From a phage, in sequence record OZ346222.1: DNA of 64,000 bases; one strand, written 5' to 3'. The notes beneath the pieces are model-generated. The model was not told the origin of the DNA, made no database searches, and saw only the letters and a list, made by a program, of their open reading frames with translations. Shown piece after piece: positions 45,126 through 54,831 of the stretch. Each line of letters begins with the position of its first letter. Positions within the stretch are counted from its first letter, which is position 1. The position numbers and the translations under genes are program-made.

Positions 45126-47249
45126 TCAGCAACCACAACTTCCGTAGTGCTTAACTCGCTCGATAACTTCCGCTTGCTTACCTTTATTGTAAGGACGGGA
45201 GTTAGGACTGGAAAGGTATCCAGACACACGTCGAATTACACTGATCGTTCCCTCTTCATGGTTTCCACACTCTGGGCATACAAAGCCTTTAGCTGTTGCA
45301 CTGAACTCACCAGAGAAACCACACTTGAGACATTTATCCACAGGTTGGTTAATACCAAAATACATAATGTGTTTATACCCGAAGTCAACAAGAGCCTCTA
45401 AAGCATCCAGGTTGTTTTTCAGGTTAGGTGTTTCTACGTATCCGATGTTGCCACCAGAGGAGATCATAGCAAAACCTTCCTCATACTCCCACTTATCAAA
45501 AGGAGAGCTATTTATCCATACTGGCTGATGGAAACTGTTGGTGAGATATTCATGCTCGTGCTTCAACACTTCCGGATATTCACGATCCAGACAGGTTGCA
45601 GCTTTATAGCATAGACTCTCAGAAGGAGTGCCGTACAAGCTAAATGCTAGTCTACTTTCCTTCTTGTATCGCTCACAAGCATCTCTCATGTGCTGAAGGA
45701 TTCCAAGAGCTAAAGCCTTGTCACCCTCTCTGCCCAAAATCTGACAGGTTTCATACACACCGATATACCCAATACTGATGGAAGCGTACCCGTCATAGAA
45801 GAGTTTATCAATACTCTCTTCAGGATCCAGGCGAGCAAGAGCGCCTTCACACCACATGATGGGGTTCTGCCCTGCCTTTGTTCCTTTTAGACGATTAACC
45901 CTTACAAGGTGAGCCTCGTATGCAAGATCCAAGTATTCGTCAAGAACTGCAAAGAAATCAACACCTTCCGTCTTAGCTTTTGCCGCAATCATTGGCAGGT
46001 TAAGGCTAACAACGCCTAAGTTAAATCTGCCAAGGTATTTCTCCTCGCCTGTTTCCAAGTCATTGTATTTGCTAAGAAAACTCCTGCAACCCATGCTAGT
46101 TACTTTGCCATCTGTCGAGCCTGTCACTTTTCTATTTAGTGGTACAGATACGAAGTCAGGATAGATACGTTCTGCACAGCATTCCAGAGCTAATCGTTTC
46201 AAATCATAGTTAGGATCCCCAGGGTTCATGTTGACACCCTCTTCCAGGAAGAACAGCACTTTAGGGAACACAGGTGTGATACGTTCTTCACCAAGACCCA
46301 TTTTGTGGACTTTCAGGTAGTTTTTGGTAATCATTCTACCAAAGACCGAGGTATCCAGTCCTAAACTCAATGTGATGAATGGAGTTTGCCCGTTGACAGA
46401 AGTTAACGTGTTGATTTGATAGAGCAAAGTCTGCATGCTGTCAAATACGTCTTTATCTGTCATTTGCATTGCAACAGTTTCAGCATCCGGCAACCAATGT
46501 TCCTGGCAAAATTTAAGGTTCTTCTCATAGGTTGCTTCAGCATACTGTGCCAGATAATGATCAATATGGCTCATAGTCTGACCACCATATTGAGCACTAG
46601 CTACCGCACTAGAGATTTGGCTAAGGATTGTTGTTGCAACCCCTATTGACTTCGGCTTACTGACATGGGCGTTACCAATGTTGAATCCGTTTTCCAACAT
46701 ATCTGGATAATTTACCAAACAACAGTTTGTTAACGGACTGATCAAGTAGTCAAGATCATGCACATGGATGAATCCTTTATTGTGCTCTTCGGAGACACGG
46801 TCTGGCAGGATCTGTGTTGATGCAAGGTGTTTGCTAAGAATACCTGCAAGCAGGTCGCGATGAGTGTGTACATGATTAGTAGGCTTATTTGCGTTTTCTT
46901 TTGTAAATTCATCACAAGTTCGATCCAAGAAGCCACTAATATCTGCAAGCAGTTTTCCACCTGCCTCTCTGTTATTATCTCTTGTCTGTCTATACTGGAT
47001 GTATTCTCTGGCTGCACATTTTAAACCCATATCCATAAGAGCATCTTCAACAAGGATATGGATATTTTTTACAGAGATCGTGCACTGGTCGGTTGGTAGA
47101 TTGTTAGCAACAACTTCATTAACCGCGCAGGCGATCCGGTAAGCTTCTTCTTCAGTATGTCCAGACTCAAGTAAGGCGGACTCTGCCGCCTTGATCACCT
47201 TAATTCCGTTATAGAACTCTTCTCTACCGTCCCGTTTTACAACTTTCAC
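45126..47249 (-). CDS. nrdD: anaerobic ribonucleoside-triphosphate reductase (class III)
   Basis: 707 aa; C-terminal glycyl-radical motif RVSGYL and Cys-rich zinc ribbon. Confidence 0.85.
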   Translation of the reverse strand: MKVVKRDGREEFYNGIKVIKAAESALLESGHTEEEAYRIACAVNEVVANNLPTDQCTISVKNIHILVEDALMDMGLKCAAREYIQYRQTRDNNREAGGKLLADISGFLDRTCDEFTKENANKPTNHVHTHRDLLAGILSKHLASTQILPDRVSEEHNKGFIHVHDLDYLISPLTNCCLVNYPDMLENGFNIGNAHVSKPKSIGVATTILSQISSAVASAQYGGQTMSHIDHYLAQYAEATYEKNLKFCQEHWLPDAETVAMQMTDKDVFDSMQTLLYQINTLTSVNGQTPFITLSLGLDTSVFGRMITKNYLKVHKMGLGEERITPVFPKVLFFLEEGVNMNPGDPNYDLKRLALECCAERIYPDFVSVPLNRKVTGSTDGKVTSMGCRSFLSKYNDLETGEEKYLGRFNLGVVSLNLPMIAAKAKTEGVDFFAVLDEYLDLAYEAHLVRVNRLKGTKAGQNPIMWCEGALARLDPEESIDKLFYDGYASISIGYIGVYETCQILGREGDKALALGILQHMRDACERYKKESRLAFSLYGTPSESLCYKAATCLDREYPEVLKHEHEYLTNSFHQPVWINSSPFDKWEYEEGFAMISSGGNIGYVETPNLKNNLDALEALVDFGYKHIMYFGINQPVDKCLKCGFSGEFSATAKGFVCPECGNHEEGTISVIRRVSGYLSSPNSRPYNKGKQAEVIERVKHYGSCGC

Positions 47250-47524
47250 TTTTTCTCTCCAAAACCATTCTTAACAAAAGAGATGAAATCGTCGGCACCG
47301 CCTATATGGACACTGTCAAGATCGCTTTCTAAGAAGATCTGTGGCAACGTTCTGGGGACAATTGGACTGCACTTCTCAATAAGCTCTTCTTTTGTGTAGC
47401 CCTCGCCAAGTGTCTTATATACAAAAGGCAGACCTTTGCTGATTGCAAATTCTTTTGCTCTGACACAATGTGGGCAGTTATCCTTACCGTAAATGATGAT
47501 GAAAAAAGATTTTTCGCAGCTCAT
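47246..47524 (-). CDS. glutaredoxin/NrdH-like redoxin
   Basis: CPHC active-site motif; 92 aa; between nrdB and nrdD. Confidence 0.75.
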   Translation of the reverse strand: MSCEKSFFIIIYGKDNCPHCVRAKEFAISKGLPFVYKTLGEGYTKEELIEKCSPIVPRTLPQIFLESDLDSVHIGGADDFISFVKNGFGEKK

Positions 47525-47527
47525 ATA

Positions 47528-48676
47528 TTAAAACTCCCAAATTTCTTCTTCAGCGTCGTTAACAGTTGTGTTGACGCGGTAGTCAGTGTTCGACATTTCT
47601 TGGTTCGCCGTCTGTTGTAATGAAGGTTTCATCCACACCTGCATAAACGGTAGCGGGTCCTTTGTTGGCGGCACAAAGTCTTTGTCGATGTCGTAGTAAT
47701 CATAAATCGGTGAGCAGTTATAGTCAACCCACTCTTTAAGCAACGGTGAGTTAAGACCTATAATCGCTCTTCCTTCGCTGAAAATATAGTCACTCCAACC
47801 GTACTCTTTGGTTCGTACTTCATCAAGAATCTCTTTTAACTCCCCCTTTATCTCAAGGAAGCTTTTCTCCCATGCGGGATCATTAAGCAAGATATCAATG
47901 ATGGCAAAATCACCTTTCGAATGTAGCATTTCGTCAAGCATGATTTTTTGAACAAGCTGCGCCACCTGAACAAAGATACCCTGTTCAGCTACTGCGAAAG
48001 TGCATGCAAAACTTGCAATAAACTCAATACTTTCCAGAGCTAAAAGCGCAAAAAGCGCTCTAAGAATGCATTTCCGCACAATATCTTCTTCAACACTAGA
48101 AGGATCCAGGCGGTATTTTGCACCAATAACCTCAAGCTCTTGCATGTATTTGACAATAACGCCGGATCTGCTCAGAACGTTTTGGTTTTCCTGAATCTCT
48201 TCTATAATCTCACGGGCATTGGGGAGGCATTGTCTAACAATCTCTGAGTAAGTTAGTGCGTGAAGAACTTCAATCTCTGACTGTTTCATCAATAGAGTGA
48301 AAAGCTCACTATTAGTGATGAATGGTGAAAAGAGGCAGATGATCGATCTTGCCGCAACGCTATCAGCCTCCCATTGCCACATCAAGGTCTGCACCATCAC
48401 GTCATAAGTTGACTTTGAGCATGTTACAAAATCTGAAATAGATTGCGACAAATCCACTTCATCCTCTGCCCAATCTTGCTCTTTTTGTTTTTTGTATAGT
48501 TCAAACAGTTGTGGATATTTTTTGTTGATAGAGTCGTACATACCCATTTGCTGTCCCAGAAACAGCGGATAGTCACCAGTTTTATGAGCGGTGTTCTCAG
48601 CATTAAATACAGCCATTATTCTACCTCTAAAATGGGGCCGAAGCCCCTTTAAAATTATAGTGCACAGCTTTCGCAA
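47528..48676 (-). CDS. nrdB: ribonucleotide reductase class Ia small subunit
   Basis: Di-iron ligand motif EVLHALTYSEI; 382 aa; adjacent to nrdA. Confidence 0.8.
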   Translation of the reverse strand: MRKLCTIILKGLRPHFRGRIMAVFNAENTAHKTGDYPLFLGQQMGMYDSINKKYPQLFELYKKQKEQDWAEDEVDLSQSISDFVTCSKSTYDVMVQTLMWQWEADSVAARSIICLFSPFITNSELFTLLMKQSEIEVLHALTYSEIVRQCLPNAREIIEEIQENQNVLSRSGVIVKYMQELEVIGAKYRLDPSSVEEDIVRKCILRALFALLALESIEFIASFACTFAVAEQGIFVQVAQLVQKIMLDEMLHSKGDFAIIDILLNDPAWEKSFLEIKGELKEILDEVRTKEYGWSDYIFSEGRAIIGLNSPLLKEWVDYNCSPIYDYYDIDKDFVPPTKDPLPFMQVWMKPSLQQTANQEMSNTDYRVNTTVNDAEEEIWEF

Positions 48677-50970
48677 TACGGATCTTCAACTGAACTATCT
48701 GCAATCAAAGGATAGTTCTTTCTGGTTTCATCTTCAGCCTGTTTCTTGGCATGAAGTTCCTCTGCCAAGGAGTCACCAGCACCAACCCTAGAGTTTAAAT
48801 AATACCATGTCTTCATCCCGAATTTAGTGGCACGGATAAGGTACCCTAACTGCTCCTTCATTGAAATTTTACCATCTTTCAACTTGGTGTAGTCTATGTA
48901 TAAATCCGCGCTGATTGCCTGACCTGTGAATTTTTGAATCACGGCATACATATCGATCATGTCGTTAGTATCAACGTCCCAAGCCGAGGTGTAATACTCT
49001 TTCAACTCATCATAGTCAGGAACGATAAACAGCACCTGCCCTTGTGGCGACTTTTTAAAGATAATGTGCTCACGGACAGGATAAACCCCGTTAGTGGTGT
49101 TTGTTGCCAGCGAAGAGCTTTCATTAGGCATATATGCTTCAAGAACGCTATTACGTAGCCCACCATTCTCAATGATTTCTTTACGTAACCCTTCCCAATC
49201 CTGTTTAAGAGAAGGATCTTTCACCACGCTATCGACCTCTTTGTTATAGGTGTCGATTGGTAACCAACCTTCTGGATATTTTGTTTTATGCATCCACTCG
49301 CAGACACCACGCTCTTTTGCCAACCGTAAACTTGCCTTATGCAAGCTGTAGCTGTGAAGTTCTGCAAGATCGTGAACGAGCTGTTTACTTTCAGGAGACC
49401 CGTAAGTAACCTTGTGGCTGGCAATAAAATGTGCAACATTGGTAAGGCCAACCCCGATGGATCTGCGTTTTTTAACTGTGCTTTCCATATTTTCATACGG
49501 ATATGTCATGATTTCCATAACATTGTCAATCATAAGCACCGTATAGTATGCAACATCCTCATACTCCTCTGGAGTAACCCTCCCAGCTACAAGAGATGAC
49601 AGGAAGCACAATGCAACCTCTCCATCATCAGCATCGTACTTGAAGATATTACGCATATCTGAATAGCCTTTTGTCGGGAGGGCTATTTCTGCACACAGGT
49701 TGCTTGAATAGATCACATCTTTAAAAGGTGTATGTCTATTCATCTCATCTGTCCAGTATACGTACAGCCTTCCCACCTCAGTGCGCTGCGTGATCAGTTC
49801 AACAGCAAGATCTCTAGCTCGGATCCATGTTTTAGGAATACTGTCATCTTTAGCAATACGATCAACCTCTGCATCAAACTCCTCCATAGACATGGTGAAG
49901 ATACCCTCATGCAGTTGAGGCGCGTGCTTATAAGAAACAAGCATCCAATCTAAATTCTTAGCCACACGGTTGATAAACGACCTATTAATACCGATGGAGT
50001 AGTCCATGGTGTTGATTCTTTTTGAAGCAACAGTCATAGGGTTTCTCAAACGGATTAGCTCATCAATCTGCGGGTCCAGTGCAAGGAATGATACTGTTGC
50101 AGAACCACCACGTGATTGTTGTCTGTTCTCCTTAACCCCAGCATCAATACCTCGATAATATGGAATCTTACCCATATGTTTAATAGTGTTACCACGAACA
50201 CCATCGCCTGCAGATCTTGAGGATAAGTAGTAGCCGATACCTGCTTGGTTAACCGTCATTGTGTACGCAACTTCACGTGCCACACCAATAGATTTTGCTG
50301 TATCGTCAGCTTTTATTACACAACAAGATGCATACCCTGTCTTACCTGTGCGCAGCCCGTTTAAGTACGGTGTTGGGGCATTGATCTTTAAGTCGGACAG
50401 ATAAGTGTATAATTTTACAACATCGTTGATACGACGTTCTTTCGGCATATTCTTCATGACAGCCATTGCTATCCCCATAAACATCATCTGGGGAGATTCA
50501 AACAAGGTGTCTTTAAGAGTATCCTTGATCCCGTATTTGTCGCGAAACTGTTTAAGGACTGCATAGCCATAACCGAGATCTTTACTGTGGTCAATAACAG
50601 CGTCTAAAGTGTTTAGCTCGGTAAAGCTATAACCCATATCCTCCCAATAACCTTTCTCAACCATGTCATTGTAAAATGATGGTAAGGAAGGGATCTTTGT
50701 AAACCCTCCAAAAGCCTCTTTATAGATCTGACCAATAAGAACACGACCAGCCATACGGGAATGTGCTTCGTCTTTACGGCTAACACAAGAGTCTATAATA
50801 GCTTGGTTAACTTCTTTGGTTGTACATCCATCATACAACCGCTTGTAGGCATCCAGTGCAATATGTGACCAATTGCCGTTACCATCGTCACCGAAAATAG
50901 CTGCCTTATTTAAACGTTCTGGATCGAATGCCACTTCACATCCGTTGCTTTTAATTACCTTGGTGATCAA
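48655..50970 (-). CDS. nrdA: ribonucleotide reductase class Ia large subunit
   Basis: 771 aa; active-site NLCAEI; C-terminal CESCAL redox cysteines. Confidence 0.85.
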   Translation of the reverse strand: MITKVIKSNGCEVAFDPERLNKAAIFGDDGNGNWSHIALDAYKRLYDGCTTKEVNQAIIDSCVSRKDEAHSRMAGRVLIGQIYKEAFGGFTKIPSLPSFYNDMVEKGYWEDMGYSFTELNTLDAVIDHSKDLGYGYAVLKQFRDKYGIKDTLKDTLFESPQMMFMGIAMAVMKNMPKERRINDVVKLYTYLSDLKINAPTPYLNGLRTGKTGYASCCVIKADDTAKSIGVAREVAYTMTVNQAGIGYYLSSRSAGDGVRGNTIKHMGKIPYYRGIDAGVKENRQQSRGGSATVSFLALDPQIDELIRLRNPMTVASKRINTMDYSIGINRSFINRVAKNLDWMLVSYKHAPQLHEGIFTMSMEEFDAEVDRIAKDDSIPKTWIRARDLAVELITQRTEVGRLYVYWTDEMNRHTPFKDVIYSSNLCAEIALPTKGYSDMRNIFKYDADDGEVALCFLSSLVAGRVTPEEYEDVAYYTVLMIDNVMEIMTYPYENMESTVKKRRSIGVGLTNVAHFIASHKVTYGSPESKQLVHDLAELHSYSLHKASLRLAKERGVCEWMHKTKYPEGWLPIDTYNKEVDSVVKDPSLKQDWEGLRKEIIENGGLRNSVLEAYMPNESSSLATNTTNGVYPVREHIIFKKSPQGQVLFIVPDYDELKEYYTSAWDVDTNDMIDMYAVIQKFTGQAISADLYIDYTKLKDGKISMKEQLGYLIRATKFGMKTWYYLNSRVGAGDSLAEELHAKKQAEDETRKNYPLIADSSVEDPYCESCAL

Positions 50971-51275
50971 TTTGCTTCCTCCACTTCACTAACGTATTTA
51001 TCAAGGCAGGTATCAGTATCTTGCTGGATAAAAGTATCCTCTTCTACAGAGATATTTATAATTTTACCTGTATACTCGTCATAATAGACATCATCATACA
51101 TTTTAATATCGTTTGTCAGGCCATTGAACCAAAGCCAACCAACATACTCTGCCCGACTTGCAAAACCAAGATCCTTCCACTTGGAGTTATGACTCATCTT
51201 CACCACCTTAGCTTTCAATACCGAATAATTTTTCCAGGCGATGCAGATCTTCAAAATTGAAAGGTTCATCAACAA
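50967..51275 (-). CDS. hypothetical protein (102 aa)
   Basis: Overlapping stop/start. Confidence 0.4.
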   Translation of the reverse strand: MLMNLSILKICIAWKNYSVLKAKVVKMSHNSKWKDLGFASRAEYVGWLWFNGLTNDIKMYDDVYYDEYTGKIINISVEEDTFIQQDTDTCLDKYVSEVEEAN

Positions 51276-51708
51276 TATGAATATCTTCAGCCTTTTCAGA
51301 TTGTTTTGTATACTTTCTTACATTAACACGATCCTCTACGGGGATATCATACGGGAGATCTTGAACAAGCATTGCCTCACCAGGTGCTTTATCTACATCT
51401 AAAATATCTACACCGTTATACATTTGTGGGTATCTAAAGTCTGCACGCATGACACCAGCAAATACATCTGCCTTTCGATAATGTGTTGGCTTATTTTTGC
51501 ATCGAACGTTTTTTCCACGAAGAACATCAATACTTTTTAAATCAAACCCTACGGCAAAGAGTGCAGCTCGGAGACCGTTTCGTGTGCGAACGTTAAACCC
51601 GGGGACGGTAGATAGAAAATCTAAAGTAACTGAAATAAATGTCTTTTTAGGAATCATAACATTACTCATATCTGTCTCCATTTCTGGCTCACCAACAAAG
51701 TGAGCCAT
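51208..51708 (-). CDS. hypothetical protein (166 aa)
   Basis: In nucleotide-metabolism cluster; no motif recognised. Confidence 0.45.
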   Translation of the reverse strand: MAHFVGEPEMETDMSNVMIPKKTFISVTLDFLSTVPGFNVRTRNGLRAALFAVGFDLKSIDVLRGKNVRCKNKPTHYRKADVFAGVMRADFRYPQMYNGVDILDVDKAPGEAMLVQDLPYDIPVEDRVNVRKYTKQSEKAEDIHIVDEPFNFEDLHRLEKLFGIES

Positions 51709-51767
51709 TATTATAGATTATCTAATACTATTAGTCAACACAAAAGTTACCTATCGCTGTGATAGGA

Positions 51768-52751
51768 TTAACCTTTCACGAAGTGGTTATTAAGCAGTTG
51801 TCTGTGCTGAACCCACCCACAAAAGTTGGCAGACCAGAATTTACCATCACGGTCTTGATGGGTTACACCTTCCTGCCAAGTACTGATGTCTTGTGTGATT
51901 TCACATGAAGACAGGTAGTAGTTTAAACGTTCCATTGCGTTATCGTGATCCATAGGTGTTGCCTGGTGCTCGTAAGGGCTTGCATGAATACGATCCCCAC
52001 CAATCAATTTTTTAGCCACACTATCTGCCTTTTCAAACGTGCTGTCAATATTTCGATAAGATACTTGTGCACAGCAACTAGCACTGATAGACAGAGCTTC
52101 TTTAGTATCGAGAATGCAGAGCTTTCCTTCTGTGTCACGTACAGCGTAGTTAAACTCTCCGTCCAAATAAACGTGCTCTACATATGGGGTGTGCCATTGA
52201 CCCGGTTTAAGGATTTCAGGAGTGCTATTCTCAAGAGCCTCCCACATACAATTAGCTAACATCTGAATCGTAGGATCCGCATCGTGCCAGCAACGGAGGT
52301 GGAAAAAATTATTCCACTCGGTGCTTGTTACAACTGTTTTCATGCGCTGGAACGGCTCCACTAAGCGGTTACATACTTGCTTATGGTAACCAGCAAGGGC
52401 GAACTTCTCTGCATGCCAAGCGGCGTTTTTTGCAGCTTCTTTCCAAAACTCTTCAGGAGTTAGCTCCATGTCAGTGTACTCTACACGGATCTTTTGATCG
52501 TGTTCCCCACCATCTTCCATTCCTCGCTTATTTACACCGAAGCGAACTGGCATTGCCGGATTCTCCACAATCTGTTGCAGCATCTTGCCGACAGGTACTG
52601 CACGGGAAGACATGGCGTTTCGGCTGAACACTCGGTGCGTCATAAGCTCTGAGTGAATAATTCGAGGATACTCTAGTTCAAAAGTGGTGATACGCTTACC
52701 TTTCTCGGAAATGCTGTCAGCAATAATCTTTGCAGTGCACAGTTTTAGCAT
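51768..52751 (-). CDS. thyX: ThyX-like flavin-dependent thymidylate synthase family protein
   Basis: THRVFSRNAMSSR resembles the ThyX RHR-x7-S signature with R to T at first position; 327 aa. Confidence 0.55.
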   Translation of the reverse strand: MLKLCTAKIIADSISEKGKRITTFELEYPRIIHSELMTHRVFSRNAMSSRAVPVGKMLQQIVENPAMPVRFGVNKRGMEDGGEHDQKIRVEYTDMELTPEEFWKEAAKNAAWHAEKFALAGYHKQVCNRLVEPFQRMKTVVTSTEWNNFFHLRCWHDADPTIQMLANCMWEALENSTPEILKPGQWHTPYVEHVYLDGEFNYAVRDTEGKLCILDTKEALSISASCCAQVSYRNIDSTFEKADSVAKKLIGGDRIHASPYEHQATPMDHDNAMERLNYYLSSCEITQDISTWQEGVTHQDRDGKFWSANFCGWVQHRQLLNNHFVKG

Positions 52752-52951
52752 TATTTAGCTCTCCTTGTTTTAATTTTGGAAATTTCGTCTGGGTTTATGT
52801 TGGCCTTAAATGCAAGGTATCTGTTGAACATGTCAGAGCACATATCTTGGGTGATCCTAGAGGCATACACTAGCTTACCTCCTAGATCATACACCTCTAG
52901 CCAGTCACCGTATCTGACTACAGGATCGCCACCTTTAGAACATCTGCCCAT
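52751..52951 (-). CDS. hypothetical protein (66 aa)
   Basis: Overlapping stop/start. Confidence 0.4.
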   Translation of the reverse strand: MGRCSKGGDPVVRYGDWLEVYDLGGKLVYASRITQDMCSDMFNRYLAFKANINPDEISKIKTRRAK

Positions 52952-52952
52952 T

Positions 52953-53546
52953 TCAAATACCTTCTAAAAATTTTCCTATTTTATACCAGCTATTAGCGGT
53001 ATAGTCAACACTGACCTTTAACTCCTCGAATTGCTCATAAGGCGTATCTTTTAGGATTTTAATAACTTCAGGTCGTGAAGCGAATTGGTTCAGGTATTCA
53101 TGCCTGTCGTCAATTATAACATCTACAGCCACATTCCCTTTGAAATGTGTGGCGTAGAAGCCGTGGCCCTGGGTGTGATCGTCCAGATCCATAAAATCAC
53201 TGGTCCAACGCTTTAAGAACCTTGATTTAGATGCAAGGTGACCTTTCTTGCATACCGAGATAAATGCAAGCTTGTGACCACGAGCCACCAAATCTTTCAT
53301 AACCTCAATAGCCCCCTCTTCAGGCTTAAGGAAGTCGTAGAGGAACGGATCACTCCAGAAATCAAAAGGTCCTATGATGTTTTCTTTGGGACGATCAGGC
53401 CAATACTTTGACAGATCGTAATACATTAGCCCATTAGAAGGTTTAGCTACTGTCTTACTGGCTGGACCATACAAACGCTCCAACCACTCCCACCATGCTG
53501 TTCCTGAATCTACCAGTGTCAAATCTACATCAATTCCGATTAACAT
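52953..53546 (-). CDS. HAD-superfamily hydrolase, putative 5'(3')-deoxyribonucleotidase
   Basis: N-terminal IGIDVDLTLVD (HAD DxDxT motif); within nucleotide-metabolism cluster. Confidence 0.5.
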   Translation of the reverse strand: MLIGIDVDLTLVDSGTAWWEWLERLYGPASKTVAKPSNGLMYYDLSKYWPDRPKENIIGPFDFWSDPFLYDFLKPEEGAIEVMKDLVARGHKLAFISVCKKGHLASKSRFLKRWTSDFMDLDDHTQGHGFYATHFKGNVAVDVIIDDRHEYLNQFASRPEVIKILKDTPYEQFEELKVSVDYTANSWYKIGKFLEGI

Positions 53547-54157
53547 TCTTCTTGGGCCTCTTTAGCATCAATATACTTGAACACAATCTCCGATGCACAC
53601 TCCCAAGGTGCACCTTCAGGGTTTACAACATCAAACTCAACCCCTTTTATTCCGTTCTTTTCCAGACTTAGATAGGTTCTGGAATCATTTCCCCAGTCAT
53701 ATCCTACACGGTGAATACGGAACAACAACAGATCTCCACCTGTGCTGTATGCGTACTCGCTAAGGCATGCCAGCTCCTCTTTGAATCCACCATCGGAGTA
53801 AACAACAGCCCCTTTACCTTCAGGGAAATCTTTCTTCAAAGATGCGACTGCGGCTTTACCGAAAGCATCTTCACCAAAGATAGGTTTAATCAGATTTTCA
53901 CTACAATGGATCATCCATTCTCGCGGAGAAACATGCTTGCCGTCTATCATTAAGAAAGGGCAAGGCTCTTCTTTGTAGTGGCGGTCATAAAGTGCATTCC
54001 AGAGTTGAGGAGTTACACCAGCTGCCTTAATTGCCACACTGAAGAGCATCTCCTTAACCTCACGGTGGTGTGAGTTAGGAATAGCTTCCAACAAGAGATC
54101 TGCAATGTGATCCTTACCACTGCTAGGTGGGGCGTTAAGAACAATAATATCCATCAA
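53540..54157 (-). CDS. putative deoxynucleoside monophosphate kinase (P-loop)
   Basis: LNAPPSSGKDHIADLL resembles the T4 gp1 P-loop (RSGKDTTADF). Confidence 0.5.
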   Translation of the reverse strand: MMDIIVLNAPPSSGKDHIADLLLEAIPNSHHREVKEMLFSVAIKAAGVTPQLWNALYDRHYKEEPCPFLMIDGKHVSPREWMIHCSENLIKPIFGEDAFGKAAVASLKKDFPEGKGAVVYSDGGFKEELACLSEYAYSTGGDLLLFRIHRVGYDWGNDSRTYLSLEKNGIKGVEFDVVNPEGAPWECASEIVFKYIDAKEAQEEC

Positions 54158-54357
54158 AAACCTCCGTGGTATTCTTCAACTGCATCAATAATACTTTTAC
54201 ACTTATCTACCAGCTCGTTAGCCACTACAGCATCGTCTTCCCAAACAGCTTCCTCAATCTGATCAAGCAATGATCGCATCTTACCCATCATTTCTGGGAT
54301 AAAGTTTTCTGAAAAGCTGTCTGGAATTGTTAACTTTAGTGTCATTGTGGTCTCCAA
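54154..54357 (-). CDS. hypothetical protein (67 aa)
   Basis: Overlapping stop/start. Confidence 0.4.
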   Translation of the reverse strand: METTMTLKLTIPDSFSENFIPEMMGKMRSLLDQIEEAVWEDDAVVANELVDKCKSIIDAVEEYHGGF

Positions 54358-54372
54358 TCATACTATGCGTTA

Positions 54373-54831
54373 TTAGAAGTTTGTTTTTACACGTCCCTTC
54401 TCATCAACCTCGTTGTTAGCTAAAAGCGTTACAAAGTCTGTGAAACGAACATGAAGAACCCTTTTCTTATCAAGGTATCCTAAAGCCACCCCTGAGAAAT
54501 TTAGCATCAAAGGGGCTAAAGAAGCTCTGGCACTGAAATGCTGTTGTTCTACCCTTCCAACACCCTTAGTGTAGGATGGGTTAAGATTGTAAGTTCTGAA
54601 TCCCAGTTTTGTTGGAGCTTTAGAATTAAAAACGACTTTATAGCGTTTCTTACTCAACTTATGCTCCAGGATAAGCATTCCCTTATCACCTTTGATAAGT
54701 TGAAAATCTGTAAAGTGCTCTTTTAAGACGAAAGGTAGTGCCAGTCCCATCGCCTGTCCTCTTTGTACCGCTGTCTCACCAAAAGCTTTTGCATCAGTAA
54801 GTTCTTTGGTCAAGTCTATGCTTTTGATCAT
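54373..54831 (-). CDS. hypothetical protein (152 aa)
   Basis: In gene array. Confidence 0.45.
   Translation of the reverse strand: MIKSIDLTKELTDAKAFGETAVQRGQAMGLALPFVLKEHFTDFQLIKGDKGMLILEHKLSKKRYKVVFNSKAPTKLGFRTYNLNPSYTKGVGRVEQQHFSARASLAPLMLNFSGVALGYLDKKRVLHVRFTDFVTLLANNEVDEKGRVKTNF

Noticed and set aside
42008-49599. Plus-strand ORFs inside the minus-strand ClpP, nrdD, nrdB and nrdA genes (for example 42008..42298, 46416..46649, 48000..48194, 49339..49599)
   Set aside because: Antisense to genes with strong motif support; no RBS; composition typical of spurious frames.
51208-51708. Dihydrofolate reductase or dUTPase in the nucleotide-metabolism cluster
   Set aside because: Position is suggestive but I could not identify any DHFR or dUTPase signature in the 166-aa product.
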